Source of the DNA: a virus | Taxonomy: Duplodnaviria > Caudoviricetes | Virus record (IMG/VR): IMGVR_UViG_3300025082_000031 | Location: 1 to 34,443 of that record | Reading direction: 5' to 3' (one strand) | Length of the DNA stretch: 34,443 nucleotides | Shown: positions 22,477 through 33,338 of the stretch, one piece after another | Numbering within the stretch: position 1 is the stretch's first letter | How the letters are laid out: each line of letters starts with the position of its first letter | Made by a program: the position numbers and the translations under genes | The notes under the pieces: model-generated | Databases searched by the model: none | Seen by the model: the letters and a program-made list of their open reading frames with translations, nothing else | What the model was told of the DNA's origin: nothing

Positions 22477-24884
22477 ACCTGCAGTGCAGCCTGGGATTGT
22501 GTTTCTAACCCTGGAACATCCATCGCCGCCCGACTCGGTCTTTGTCCAATCGGTGCGTTTTGATCCTTATAATATTGCTGTGTGCTTTGGATGAAATTTT
22601 GTTTCAGACTTGGATCAAGTGCCTCCTGGAAAAATTTAGAAAGTGATGCCCGGCGTGGTCCATCCAGCTTCGGCTGCTTGCCGGCAAATTCCTGGAGCAG
22701 GTATTTTTTCTGATCCTGGTAGAGTCTTGGGAAAACCATGGTGATTGCTTCCATGTGTTCTTTGGTTAGGCTTCCCCCGGCAACGTGCATCAGAATTGAA
22801 TTCGGATCATTGATCGTTTCCACATACCTCATAAAACGCATTATTGAGGGCATAGAGGGCATGGAATTCTGGTTGTTATAGAGCAGGGTTTGTCCTGCGA
22901 TTGGACTAACCGGCAGCCTTTCCTGGAGAAAATTGATACCATTGGTCATGGTCTGGATCAGCTCCAGGTTGATCGACTGATCACCATCGACTTCCGGGAC
23001 CATTCTTTCCATCCGCGCAAACAGTGTCTGAGGGTTTCCTGCAAAGTTATTTAGATCATCGCGGACCTTTTCAAACTGCTTCAAAGTGACTTCTGGTGAT
23101 GGCGGTGTCGGTGCAACGAATTTCACTGCAGCTGCATCGCCTACCCTGGTGAGTGAATTGACTGCACCTCGGATCATCTTCTCGGACTTGCCGGCCATGT
23201 TGAGCATCTCACCATAGTCAGTGATCCGGCTCATGGTCCTGGCAAGCAGCAGCTCGCCGGAATCCCTTAGATATTTTCTGGCCATTGCAGTTCCGGCAAA
23301 GGTGGCTGCACCAATTAATCCGCCGGTCACCAAACTATCCGCCGCTGCCATGGCGCCACCTCCAAGTCCACCGCCAATAATAAAGCTGGTCAACGGTAGT
23401 CTATTGTTAACGGCTTCCCGCGCAGCTGCTCCGGATGCAATGTCTCTGATCTGCTTTAATGATGCATAGATTGCCTTTGCCTCGATGAATTCCGCATAGG
23501 TATTTTTTGGAAGTGTGGTGACCTGGGAAAGGCGCCCGGCAATAGCATCGAGGGCATTTTCAGATTCCTCCCGGATGATGCTGGCCATGGCGTTGAAATA
23601 ATCATAGTCCTCTGGGTTCCGTTTATAGTTTGCCAGGTTCTTCTGATACCAGGTTTTCAGTTCTTCAGACTCCCGGAAGGAAAGCTGCCGGCCTGCTTTA
23701 AAATGCTTCCAAAATGGATTCGTATTTTTGTAAGCAATATCACGGAATGCCTCGATGCTGGCTTCCGCTCTTCCGATCTTTGCTAAAATTTGAGGTTCAT
23801 CCACCATCCCTTTTCCAAGTGCCTGGGGATTGTCGATGATCTCCCTGGTCATCCGTTCTGCAATTGATTCCGGATCAAACCGGATGTCATTTAAAGGAAC
23901 GCCTGCTTTTTTGGCTGCACCTTCCACGCGGGTGATGATGTCATCAAGTTTGCTGCCGTATTCTGGAAGCAGCACATTGTCCAGTTCCTTCACCAGATCA
24001 TCTGCATCCTCACCGAGGTTTTGCAGCACACCCTTTTTGTCGAATTCCTTGATGCGTCTTCCTAGTTCATAAACTGCATCTGGATATTTTCCTTTTTGGG
24101 TGACTTTATTCCAATCTGGTTTCAATCCACCAAGTGCGCGGAAATATGCTTTGTTGGTTTCCTTGGTGAATGCACTCTTTCCGGAAGACAAAACTTTGGA
24201 CACGGCCCCTACCAGACCCCCTGCCACTCCACCAAACCCGGCGCCTGCATAAATATGGTCTGCAAGCAGTGGGCGTTTCTCCGGATCATCTAGGATTTGG
24301 CTGCTGGTGGCATACATTCCACCCACGACAGCACCCTCCGCAGCTCCACCAGTTGCACCGGTCAAAACTCTTTCTGCTAATCCTCCGGCTTTTAAAGCAG
24401 CTTTCTTTCCAAGATAATGCGCGGCCAGGGCGCCACCTTTTGCTGCTGCTCGGCCAAGTGCTGATGTAACCCCAAACGGTGTGATTAAAGAACCAACTTC
24501 GCCAAGAGTGGTGGCGATTGGGTTGAGATCCCGATGCATCTTGATTTCTTCTTCAGTGAATCCTGCACCCTGGAGAAGCAGATCTGATGCCCCGAATGTC
24601 AACCCGCGTGCAGCACCCAGCGCGGTGGATGTGAGTGGGGAATCCTCGACATCCGCTTTCATATCCTCATGCTCCACCAATTCGGTGGGCGCATATCGAT
24701 AACCTTCCTGGAGTGCTAGATGTGCTTCCTCGGCAGGTACGTTATAAAGCTGCCCATCTGGATGCACCAGGACCACTTCCTTTCCTTTGATGAAGGAATA
24801 ATTCCCGGAAGAAATTAGATCCTCGACACGTTCATCGGCCACCGTAACGCCGGCGCCGAGTCGGTAGTCAAAAAGCCTGGCCAT
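22473..24884 (-). CDS. Internal virion / DNA ejection protein (803 aa)
   Basis: GAARGLTFG motif and Gly/Ala-rich hydrophobic helices; third large gene after the nozzle. Confidence 0.65.
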   Translation of the reverse strand: MARLFDYRLGAGVTVADERVEDLISSGNYSFIKGKEVVLVHPDGQLYNVPAEEAHLALQEGYRYAPTELVEHEDMKADVEDSPLTSTALGAARGLTFGASDLLLQGAGFTEEEIKMHRDLNPIATTLGEVGSLITPFGVTSALGRAAAKGGALAAHYLGKKAALKAGGLAERVLTGATGGAAEGAVVGGMYATSSQILDDPEKRPLLADHIYAGAGFGGVAGGLVGAVSKVLSSGKSAFTKETNKAYFRALGGLKPDWNKVTQKGKYPDAVYELGRRIKEFDKKGVLQNLGEDADDLVKELDNVLLPEYGSKLDDIITRVEGAAKKAGVPLNDIRFDPESIAERMTREIIDNPQALGKGMVDEPQILAKIGRAEASIEAFRDIAYKNTNPFWKHFKAGRQLSFRESEELKTWYQKNLANYKRNPEDYDYFNAMASIIREESENALDAIAGRLSQVTTLPKNTYAEFIEAKAIYASLKQIRDIASGAAAREAVNNRLPLTSFIIGGGLGGGAMAAADSLVTGGLIGAATFAGTAMARKYLRDSGELLLARTMSRITDYGEMLNMAGKSEKMIRGAVNSLTRVGDAAAVKFVAPTPPSPEVTLKQFEKVRDDLNNFAGNPQTLFARMERMVPEVDGDQSINLELIQTMTNGINFLQERLPVSPIAGQTLLYNNQNSMPSMPSIMRFMRYVETINDPNSILMHVAGGSLTKEHMEAITMVFPRLYQDQKKYLLQEFAGKQPKLDGPRRASLSKFFQEALDPSLKQNFIQSTQQYYKDQNAPIGQRPSRAAMDVPGLETQSQAALQV

Positions 24885-26674
24885 TATTTATTTCTAACTG
24901 TTCCGCGTGCTTCTATAACTCCGGGATCGGTTTTTTGATTTTCTACACCAGTAGTCCCGCCAAGAGTTGAGAAACCGCCAGCATCTCGGAGCGCAAGGCG
25001 TTTGTCTTCCATGATACCCATAAAATTTTTCATCCGGGTTTCCGTTATCCCCAATGCAACATTCATCCGGTTGGCATCACCTATAATTTGATCCAGCAAG
25101 GCTTCCTCGTTTTTGGTCAATGCTGCACCAAACTGAAAAAGCTTCTTTGCCGCATACAGTTTTATTTCAGTCACCCTCTGGACCAAATCACTTCTTGCCG
25201 CTGAAAGTGCTTCTGGTGAAAGTGCGCCTGCTTTATCCTTTTGAATAATATCTTTGACTGAATCATATGCCCTGCTGACTCCCCAATAGACGCGATTGAA
25301 ATCAACAACTTCTTTCATAACTTTATCCCTGGCAGCTCCAACCAACATTGAAACACCTATCTCACCTGGATTGGTTCCCATATTTGGAGCAATGCCTTTG
25401 CGTTCCTCTGCTGTCATTTTTGCTCGCACTGTACTCTGGGCAATGATTACATCCTTTAATATCTTTGCGACGGCAATTTGATTTTCCATGGCATTCTGAT
25501 CCATTTTTTGCTGCAGATCTTCCTGGATCTTTTTAATGTTTGCCAGAGCAGTTGTCTTCGTTAGTTGAAACTCAGAGATTTGCAGCACGCGGTTGGTTTC
25601 ATTCTGAAACTGCTGGAGTAATTCGCCACGCCTACGGATCAGATCGAGCCGTTGCTGATCGGCAGACTTCATCTTCATTTCTTTTGACTTTAAAAACTTC
25701 TGCTGCTCACGATCCATAAAACCCTCAAGCATCTGCATTGCCTCATTTGGTGTCCCGGTCAGTGCTGATCCGGCTGCACCAAGGGCAACCCCTAAAATTG
25801 CAATCCACTTGTTTGCACCTTCTAATGGCGGTTTCTGCTGCTCTGCTGCAACTGCCTGGATGGTGGATTCATACTTGTCAATCTCGGTGTCAATCTTCTC
25901 CCGCAGCATCAAATAGTCCTGCTTGTTATCACCGAAAAAATAGAATCCGCCCTCGGTTCCGATTTCCGGAACTTTCATTTCGTTGATGAATTCGGTGGCC
26001 TGGTCAAAGACTGATTTTTTAACCGGGTTGGTTATCGTGCCACCAACATCTTTCCGCCATAGACTGATCTGCCGTGCATCTGGATCTGAAACCGTTTCGG
26101 TTTTTGTGATTGTTTCCTCATCGCCCTGGTCACCGGTCCCAATAGTTCCCTCAACCAGTGCTGCTTCTTCTGTTTCTGGTTCTTCCTCTACGGTGACGGT
26201 TTCCGGAATTTCCCCTAAAGGTCTACCGCCCACCAGACTGGACCGTTGTCCAAAGAGAGTGCTTGTTATTTTCTCATTCCGTTCTCTTTGTTTCCGATTT
26301 AATGGATTAGGTTCACCAAGATACTGGGATTCCCGGAAAGGACTCATCTTGTCCAGCGCGGCCACATCTTCTTCCATCTCAGTTCCCGCCTGCTGGAATT
26401 CCTGCTCAGTTGGAATCGGCAGATCCGGGTCCATCAAGCGCATCCAGTTGTCCAGTTCCGGAGTTGATTCAGATGCCATGGGTGCAGCAGCTGCGGAGGT
26501 TTCTGCCATCGATACTGTTTCGACTTCACCTTCCATGGGCGGCATATTAAACCCGCGTCTTTCCAAATTTGTTCTGGCATCATCCTCGGTCATTCCCATA
26601 CCAAGGTATGCAGCAACATATGCTTCGTATTTTGATGGATCTCGGTATCTGTCTGGTTCGGTGGCTGCCATCAT
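24884..26674 (-). CDS. Internal virion / DNA ejection protein (596 aa)
   Basis: Coiled coils and a Gly/Ala hydrophobic segment; position in the post-nozzle cluster. Confidence 0.6.
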   Translation of the reverse strand: MMAATEPDRYRDPSKYEAYVAAYLGMGMTEDDARTNLERRGFNMPPMEGEVETVSMAETSAAAAPMASESTPELDNWMRLMDPDLPIPTEQEFQQAGTEMEEDVAALDKMSPFRESQYLGEPNPLNRKQRERNEKITSTLFGQRSSLVGGRPLGEIPETVTVEEEPETEEAALVEGTIGTGDQGDEETITKTETVSDPDARQISLWRKDVGGTITNPVKKSVFDQATEFINEMKVPEIGTEGGFYFFGDNKQDYLMLREKIDTEIDKYESTIQAVAAEQQKPPLEGANKWIAILGVALGAAGSALTGTPNEAMQMLEGFMDREQQKFLKSKEMKMKSADQQRLDLIRRRGELLQQFQNETNRVLQISEFQLTKTTALANIKKIQEDLQQKMDQNAMENQIAVAKILKDVIIAQSTVRAKMTAEERKGIAPNMGTNPGEIGVSMLVGAARDKVMKEVVDFNRVYWGVSRAYDSVKDIIQKDKAGALSPEALSAARSDLVQRVTEIKLYAAKKLFQFGAALTKNEEALLDQIIGDANRMNVALGITETRMKNFMGIMEDKRLALRDAGGFSTLGGTTGVENQKTDPGVIEARGTVRNK

Positions 26675-28959
26675 CCCTCCTCAAGTTGCCGGAGCCGGTC
26701 ATGTAAATTGGATTGAGAAGCAAGGATGGCGGCCAGGCCATGACCATAGTCAACCATCTTGCCGTGTGGGGTATCTTTGACAAACGATGCGCCCATTGGA
26801 CTTTTCTCAAGATCCTGGGCCATGACTCCAACAAACATTCCAGGGTCTGCACCTGGTGCCTGCGGGTCTTTGTATTTATATTGATATGCGTTTAATGCAT
26901 CCAGGAATCCTTCCACCTGGGAATCGGCTGCGCGGATCTCCCGCTTTGCGTTGATGTCTGATGCTGCGTAAACAGCCCATGCACCTAACGCAGATCCTCC
27001 AAGTTTTAAAAGCGCACCTATACGATCTTCATCTCGGTCTGCTTTTGCAATTTCTCTTTTATATGCTGCAGTGATGTAGGCAAGTTCCTTCTGAGTTTCT
27101 GCATCAAGTTCGGCAAGATCCCGCTGAAGCTGAAACCCCATGACGGCCAGATCCTGTTCCATCTGTGCCAGGTTGATTTTCACTTCCAAACCTTCCAATG
27201 CCATTTCCCCCTCAAAAGCAGCAATGGCCATGGCATCATCTGCGCGGCGTCCATCCATTGCTAAGAGGGCATTTGTTTTGGAAATCAGCATATTCTTTTC
27301 CAGGTTCCCAATCTTGGTGGCCAGATCTATCTTGCCCTGCTCTACGGCCAGCAATCTTTCTTTTTCCAAATTCGCCAGGACCACATCCGAATCCATCTCG
27401 GCCTGGGTGACTACCAAGGTGAGTGCAGCCTGCTGATCTTTGATTTTCCGTGCCTGGTCCAGGTTGCCTTGATTGATGGCGGTTTGGACATCCTTTTCCA
27501 TGTTTGCCAGTTTGATCTGCGCCTCCCTGGTGCCTTTCATCTTTAAGGCTTCCAGCAGGGTTTGCTCGGCAGTAATCTGTTCCTGGGATCTCAGTTGTGC
27601 AGCTTGACCAGTGAATTGCTGCTGAACTGATGCATACATATTTTTGACTTGGCGGACCTTGGCCGGGTCCATTTCTCCGGTTGCGGTGGCCACCAAAGAT
27701 TTCAGATTGTCTTCCATGCCGCGTTTCATTTGCAGCATCGCCGGTGATGGTGCCTGTCCAGAAACTCGATTCATCAACATCTGAATCAGTTCATCTTCCC
27801 GCGCAATTACTTTCCGGAGTTCCCCGGCATCAGATCCAACATCCTGGACCACTGCAATGGTAGTAGCATCGATGTCGGCCACGGTTCCTGCTGTCGCGCC
27901 GGTGGCATCTGTAACTGTGTCAATAGTTGTTTCCTCAATGTCCTGGATGTTTGATGTGTCTTGGCTATAAGCCAATCGCGCATCCTTTTCGGTTGTATAT
28001 GCTCCTTGAGGTCCATCTTTTGATGCCCACCATTCCTCAAAACTCATGCCGGTGTCCATGGTAATGGCCGGTCTGGAGAATTTTTCAATATCTTCCGGTT
28101 CCAAAGTGAAGGCTTCCTGGCGGGAAAAATCCCCCAATGCACCTTCCAAGACTGCACGCTTTTGGGCATCAGAAAGGCGTCCAAATGAGTCAGGGAAATT
28201 TTCTGTTAAAAGTGCATTTGCGTCTTCAAAGGTTGTTGGGATTTTATCAACGATTGCCCCAGTTGTTGGATCTTTGACACGCTTCCCGCGTGCGCTGAAT
28301 GTTCCATCATTGAAAAGCTGAACTATGTTGTATTTTAGATCTGCAGTTTGCTCGCCGGATTCCGCCCGGACTAAACCCATCGCACCTTCAAATGCTGATC
28401 TGACATCTTCTTTGTCTACTCCGGAAAGTGCTGCATTGTCCTTGTTTGCATCAAACCAGATCTCAAAATTCGTATCACCCATGAGGGCATCCTGGACCGG
28501 GCTGGATTCAATATATTCCTTTGCTTGTCTGATTCTTATTGATTTATTTGCTGCATTCAGTGCCGCCTGGCTGCTGTGCATATTCCCATCAAGGTCTGGA
28601 CCGTATTGAGGTGGTGGTGCCGTTTGTTTAGGCTTGCCCCGGTCTTTATCTTCTGATGCTTGGGTCCGTAATGCCACATCTTTTGCCTGTTGTGACCCAT
28701 ATCCATCGTAATCGTCATCATCACTCGCAGTGCTTTGTTCTCCTTCTGTAGATTCACCATAATATGATCTAATCGGTCCACCACCCACACCAAACCCTTG
28801 GGTTCCGGCCATCGGTTGTGCTGATCCACCTAACGCTTGGAGTAGATCCGCTTCATCCTGGTTGATGGCGGCCAGACCCTCATTTCTTGAGCGTAAAATT
28901 GCAGCAAGGCGCTGCAAATCTTCTTCTGACATTGAGTTCCCAAATTGCTCGTAGGCCAT
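26671..28959 (-). CDS. Internal virion / ejection protein with C-terminal peptidase S74 (autocleaving chaperone) domain
   Basis: Q/A-rich repeats then ASDINAKREI...YQYKYK...GVMAQDLEK. Confidence 0.72.
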   Translation of the reverse strand: MAYEQFGNSMSEEDLQRLAAILRSRNEGLAAINQDEADLLQALGGSAQPMAGTQGFGVGGGPIRSYYGESTEGEQSTASDDDDYDGYGSQQAKDVALRTQASEDKDRGKPKQTAPPPQYGPDLDGNMHSSQAALNAANKSIRIRQAKEYIESSPVQDALMGDTNFEIWFDANKDNAALSGVDKEDVRSAFEGAMGLVRAESGEQTADLKYNIVQLFNDGTFSARGKRVKDPTTGAIVDKIPTTFEDANALLTENFPDSFGRLSDAQKRAVLEGALGDFSRQEAFTLEPEDIEKFSRPAITMDTGMSFEEWWASKDGPQGAYTTEKDARLAYSQDTSNIQDIEETTIDTVTDATGATAGTVADIDATTIAVVQDVGSDAGELRKVIAREDELIQMLMNRVSGQAPSPAMLQMKRGMEDNLKSLVATATGEMDPAKVRQVKNMYASVQQQFTGQAAQLRSQEQITAEQTLLEALKMKGTREAQIKLANMEKDVQTAINQGNLDQARKIKDQQAALTLVVTQAEMDSDVVLANLEKERLLAVEQGKIDLATKIGNLEKNMLISKTNALLAMDGRRADDAMAIAAFEGEMALEGLEVKINLAQMEQDLAVMGFQLQRDLAELDAETQKELAYITAAYKREIAKADRDEDRIGALLKLGGSALGAWAVYAASDINAKREIRAADSQVEGFLDALNAYQYKYKDPQAPGADPGMFVGVMAQDLEKSPMGASFVKDTPHGKMVDYGHGLAAILASQSNLHDRLRQLEEG

Positions 28960-28961
28960 AA

Positions 28962-31952
28962 TTAAACCGTCTTATAGGATGGAAGTTTGACTGCAGTATT
29001 TTTCAATCCAATCTCAAGCATCAGATTTGAAATGGAGTATGCTTGCCCCGGATCGCTGCTAACCGTGTCTGTGAATTCAAACCGGATGCTGTCGCATTTC
29101 TGAGGGCCTTTGAGATGAAAACGAAACTGGTAGACGCCATCAGCAGCACCACTCGACCCAGCGCCATAGGCTTCACTTCCATAGGGGGTTTCATCGCCGT
29201 ATTCCTCCACGCCCAGGTCAGTGATAAAATCAAAAAGATGGGTTTCGTTGTAATACTGCCGGAAGTTGTATGCGACTCTCGATTGCAGAGTATGATTTGA
29301 TTTGAAATCCCCCAGGACCACTGCACGGCGGACGCGCTGAAACCCTTGGATCGATGCAGGTTTGATCCAGGCGGTGACAAGTTTCATCTGAATCGCCGCA
29401 CCCGCATCATCGAAGTTGCTTGACTGCTGATAACACAAGCCGCCGGTGGTTCTTAGATAGACATAGGAACCATCCTCCAGCCACACGACTGCACCATTGG
29501 CCTGGTGATTTGTAAACGTACTCCACTTGTTTACAAAATAATCATAGATTAATGACACTCCATCCGATGCAGTAAATCGGACTTGGTTTTCATCCTGGAT
29601 TAAAATAGCCGATGTTATTGTAAGTGAATTGTATGCCTCAACTGGCGCACCGATGTAATGCGTGGAAAGCCCTCGATCCAGCAGATAGATGCCTTTGTTG
29701 CTCATAAACATCAGACCCTTGGGCGTCTGGACAATGGATCGCGTGTTACTGCATCCGACATCTGAAGTGATGAGCTGGGGATCAGAAAAGTTATTCTGCT
29801 GCCCGGTGGCATTTGGACCGGACCCCGTGAGATAAAAAATCCGATCTGCTTCAAAGACAATCAGTTTTTCATCCATCTCTGCCAAAGCAGTGACTTCAGC
29901 GGCTTTATTGAACGTGATGTAGAGTGAATCTGAAAATTCAATTGGACTTCCTTTGGCCCGTTTCTGGGAATAATAAAGAACCTTTGGATTTTCGCTGCTG
30001 ACGGCAAACATCCGATTTGCAAACGAACCAATCACACTTGCAGCTGGCGGGGCAACGTGTTCCAAAACTCCGCCTGTCGAGTAAAGAAGCTCTTTTGCGA
30101 TTAAATTTGTGTCATTGATGGCACCCGCATCACTGAAACTTACCGTGTCTGTTGATGTTGAATTTGCCACTGATCCCACTTTATAGAAAATCGTTCCGGC
30201 ATCCACGGTGCGGAAGACTTCGCAGATAATATTTGTGTGAGTGGTTAGACGCAATGTTGGGATGGTTAGAGCAGCTGTGAGATTTGAAGATGCTGTTGTA
30301 ACGGATACGGCGACACTAGGAGCCGATCGATATATCTGACCTTGAGCGTCCGTGTGTACATAGATCACACGGAACTGGTAAGTTCCGGCAGCAAGGCTTC
30401 CGCCCGCAGCTACTGCACCACTTACATTCTCAGGGTATAAGTGAAACCCATGTTCTGAAATTACTTGACCATCGTAATTTGAAACAAATCCTCCTCCAGA
30501 CAAAAGATTCGCCCCCAGTTCCTCAGTGTCGAAATTGGATGTCGTTGTGAAGTCCAAACTTGTTTTTGAAATACCTTTGAGCGAATAAAGATCATTATCT
30601 CTTGATTCCAATCTGGTTTTGATCTGGAGTGGAATCTGGTAGATCCCTGCTGTCACTGTTATAGAATTAGCCAGTGGTGCTTTCGATTGAATTTCTCCTG
30701 CTACTCCTGTAAATATCTTTGCCACAATAAGACCGGAGGAATTGAGTAAGAAAAACGTGCTTTGCAGTGATGACTCATGACAAACTGTAAAGTAGACTTT
30801 TGAATCATAAAGCCATGCCTTGGATGCCAATCCAACGGATCTTTTTAGTACAGCAGGAGTGTCAATTGAGGAACTGCTGGCATCATACGTGATGGTGCAT
30901 TTTTTGATCAGATGATTATAGGTTTGCGCTGCATCCAGCTCATAAATGACTTCGATATTATCTGACGAATTCAGACTCATCGTAACGTGTTCGATGGCGG
31001 TGCTGGTTGCTTCCGCCGTCAATGTTTGGATCTCAATTAGTGCTGGGCTGATGCGAGTTATTTTAAGCCCGGTACCAGAGGCATTTTTGGAGTATGCAAC
31101 ATAAAAATGGCCATCATTTGAAGTATCTTTAAGGATCTCCAAAGAGTCTTCTGCCAGGGCATTGATCTGGATTGGGTATGCATAGCCATTCAGCAAAGAT
31201 CCCAATGCTCCATCGGGTGTGATATACATCACCCCTATTTTGCTTGCAGAATCGGCATAGGCTACAATGGCCCCCGTCCCATTCTTTGTTACAGCAAGCT
31301 GATGGCCACTGGTGGCACTATCATTTGCCAGTTCAGTGGCTGCATCAAAAGTCGTTGGATCAGACGCTGAAATTCGGCATAACTTAACAGCATCGGTGCC
31401 ACTGGTTTCGATGTACATCACTCCAACGCGGCCAGCTAATTCAATGCATCGAGGCAATACACCCGTTGTGCTGATAGAGGTATTATTTTGAATGATTGCA
31501 CCAGAATCAGAATCCATCACACTGACGCGGATTCCTCCTTGGGTGTCTTCCCAGGCTGTTAGGATTTGACCATTGCCATAGGTAATGTCAGGCAGGCTTT
31601 GTTCGTAATCATTACGAATGATGTCATCAGAATCCACCGTCACTGATTGGGTGCTTCCTTTATCAATCCACTTCCGAAGTCCAGATGCATATGAATAAAG
31701 GGTTGATCCAGAAAAAAGTAATAACTCTTTTTGGAAAGTTGCCAGTGCATCCCCGGAACTGATCGCGTCAGAAGACCCTGCCACCTCTCTTCGTAACGAA
31801 CCATATCCGTTACGTTTGGTGATGGTACTTCCGGTCTTAAAAACGCCATTCTCCAGACCAGTTAACTCTGATTGCAAAACCATTTTCTGATCGGTTTTGG
31901 TGTTTAACGATCCTGATAAATCAACCGGGACCAAGTGTTTTTCTAGTGCCAT
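28962..31952 (-). CDS. Tail nozzle / tail tubular protein B (P22 gp10-like)
   Basis: 996 aa, beta-propeller-like; LENGVF...TITKRNGY N-terminus; VGC....SIV....GLMFMS.KGIY motif. Confidence 0.75.
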   Translation of the reverse strand: MALEKHLVPVDLSGSLNTKTDQKMVLQSELTGLENGVFKTGSTITKRNGYGSLRREVAGSSDAISSGDALATFQKELLLFSGSTLYSYASGLRKWIDKGSTQSVTVDSDDIIRNDYEQSLPDITYGNGQILTAWEDTQGGIRVSVMDSDSGAIIQNNTSISTTGVLPRCIELAGRVGVMYIETSGTDAVKLCRISASDPTTFDAATELANDSATSGHQLAVTKNGTGAIVAYADSASKIGVMYITPDGALGSLLNGYAYPIQINALAEDSLEILKDTSNDGHFYVAYSKNASGTGLKITRISPALIEIQTLTAEATSTAIEHVTMSLNSSDNIEVIYELDAAQTYNHLIKKCTITYDASSSSIDTPAVLKRSVGLASKAWLYDSKVYFTVCHESSLQSTFFLLNSSGLIVAKIFTGVAGEIQSKAPLANSITVTAGIYQIPLQIKTRLESRDNDLYSLKGISKTSLDFTTTSNFDTEELGANLLSGGGFVSNYDGQVISEHGFHLYPENVSGAVAAGGSLAAGTYQFRVIYVHTDAQGQIYRSAPSVAVSVTTASSNLTAALTIPTLRLTTHTNIICEVFRTVDAGTIFYKVGSVANSTSTDTVSFSDAGAINDTNLIAKELLYSTGGVLEHVAPPAASVIGSFANRMFAVSSENPKVLYYSQKRAKGSPIEFSDSLYITFNKAAEVTALAEMDEKLIVFEADRIFYLTGSGPNATGQQNNFSDPQLITSDVGCSNTRSIVQTPKGLMFMSNKGIYLLDRGLSTHYIGAPVEAYNSLTITSAILIQDENQVRFTASDGVSLIYDYFVNKWSTFTNHQANGAVVWLEDGSYVYLRTTGGLCYQQSSNFDDAGAAIQMKLVTAWIKPASIQGFQRVRRAVVLGDFKSNHTLQSRVAYNFRQYYNETHLFDFITDLGVEEYGDETPYGSEAYGAGSSGAADGVYQFRFHLKGPQKCDSIRFEFTDTVSSDPGQAYSISNLMLEIGLKNTAVKLPSYKTV

Positions 31953-32116
31953 TACTTTTTTGCAATTTTAAGGTCAGGCTGTTCGTTTTCTTTTTGCTGT
32001 ATTAACAGGATCTCTTCCATACCAAGTAACCGATGTAACCGTGCTTCTAACTGTGGAACTTTTGCCAACTCGTTTTTAAACGATACAATCTCCTTTTGTA
32101 CTTCTTCTAGTGTCAT
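31952..32116 (-). CDS. Small coiled-coil hypothetical protein (likely start MTLEE)
   Basis: ATGA overlap upstream and TAATG coupling to the nozzle gene. Confidence 0.65.
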   Translation of the reverse strand: MTLEEVQKEIVSFKNELAKVPQLEARLHRLLGMEEILLIQQKENEQPDLKIAKK

Positions 32117-32370
32117 CCTGGTGTTTTTTGTTCTGCCTGAAAAGTTGCCCAAGCAGTCTTGACCTCATCTGTCCAAACAGAATTGCAGACATCCTGAGTT
32201 TCCTGTGGTTCGCCTGAAATATCTGAGTCTGGGTGAAGAACGTGTCTATGAAAGGATCGTGATAATTCAACTCCATCTTCTTTTATAATCGTTGCCTGAC
32301 GGCACTGGATTGCTTTGAAATCACCTACAACTTCGATCTTGTCGCACCGGACTTCTTTTGTTAATGCCAT
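32113..32370 (-). CDS. Small tail-fibre-associated protein
   Basis: MALTK...DKIEVV...IQ.R.AT.I.EDG.ELSRSFHRHV pattern, which I recognise as commonly following aquatic phage fibre genes. Confidence 0.65.
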   Translation of the reverse strand: MALTKEVRCDKIEVVGDFKAIQCRQATIIKEDGVELSRSFHRHVLHPDSDISGEPQETQDVCNSVWTDEVKTAWATFQAEQKTPG

Positions 32371-32396
32371 TTTTGAATCCTATTTTTTGTTATTCG

Positions 32397-32981
32397 TTAA
32401 GCGGCTATATACCAGCCAGCAACCATAAAATACTTTGATGACCCGTTTATGTACGTTGCATGAGAAGTAGCTGCCGCATCTAAAAAAGTCATCTCCGTAG
32501 TGCCAGGACTTATATGCCCTCCCGTTGTACCTCCATCCACGGCCGTATTATGATTACAGGTGAACAGGTGAAACATCTGCCCTGATGCCTCAGTAAATAC
32601 AGTAAATGGCAAGCCAGTAATTTTTGCACTACCAGTGGCGGATGCCATAGTCCAACCAGCGTTGTTATACGCGACATACACAAAGCTGCCTATTTTAATA
32701 TATTGAGCAGTTGCATGCCCCACGCTTGATGCAGAACCTCCAGAAATAGTAGGCGTCCAAGTCCCTTCCTCATAAGAATCGAGCAGTTCACTCGTCATTC
32801 CTGGCGCTGGTGAGGCTTGATTACTAAAATCAATGCCCTTTCCTGCTGTGCCGATGATGAGGTTGCCACTCGTTATAGTTATATCGGTGCCATCTGATGT
32901 CATGCCAGATACACCACCAACAACGGCTTTAATAATGCCAGAGGTCCGTGAATTGTTATTATTACTTACAATACCTGTCAT
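32397..32981 (-). CDS. Tail fibre distal / receptor-binding-like protein
   Basis: GKGIDFS...LLDSYEEGTWTP...YIKIG..V...ITGLPF motifs. Confidence 0.7.
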   Translation of the reverse strand: MTGIVSNNNNSRTSGIIKAVVGGVSGMTSDGTDITITSGNLIIGTAGKGIDFSNQASPAPGMTSELLDSYEEGTWTPTISGGSASSVGHATAQYIKIGSFVYVAYNNAGWTMASATGSAKITGLPFTVFTEASGQMFHLFTCNHNTAVDGGTTGGHISPGTTEMTFLDAAATSHATYINGSSKYFMVAGWYIAA

Positions 32982-32993
32982 GATCCTCCGCTG

Positions 32994-33326
32994 TTATAAA
33001 GTGATATCCATGTAAGACACATAAACATCGAAATCGCACGCTGCCCCGGAGGTTATTGTCAGGTGATCTGATGCCTCCATTGCTAAAACATCGTTATGAA
33101 TAAATGTCTCTTTGGCGCCAATTGCAAAATCTTGATAAAGGAAGGTATCGGCCCCGCTTCCGCCATCGTCAATGTACACATCCACGGTTTCGTCTGTCTG
33201 TCCGGCCTGTTCTGTAATCACAATGGATTTGATTAAATAAACGTGACTTGACACAACTGTCAAAGTGAGCGCACTAGAATTAATATCTCCTCTTGCACTC
33301 ACTGATTTCCATGCCTGGCTTGCCAT
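32994..33326 (-). CDS. Small beta-sandwich virion protein (110 aa)
   Basis: AAGGAG RBS; follows the fibre gene. Confidence 0.65.
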   Translation of the reverse strand: MASQAWKSVSARGDINSSALTLTVVSSHVYLIKSIVITEQAGQTDETVDVYIDDGGSGADTFLYQDFAIGAKETFIHNDVLAMEASDHLTITSGAACDFDVYVSYMDITL

Positions 33327-33338
33327 AATATCTCCTTC

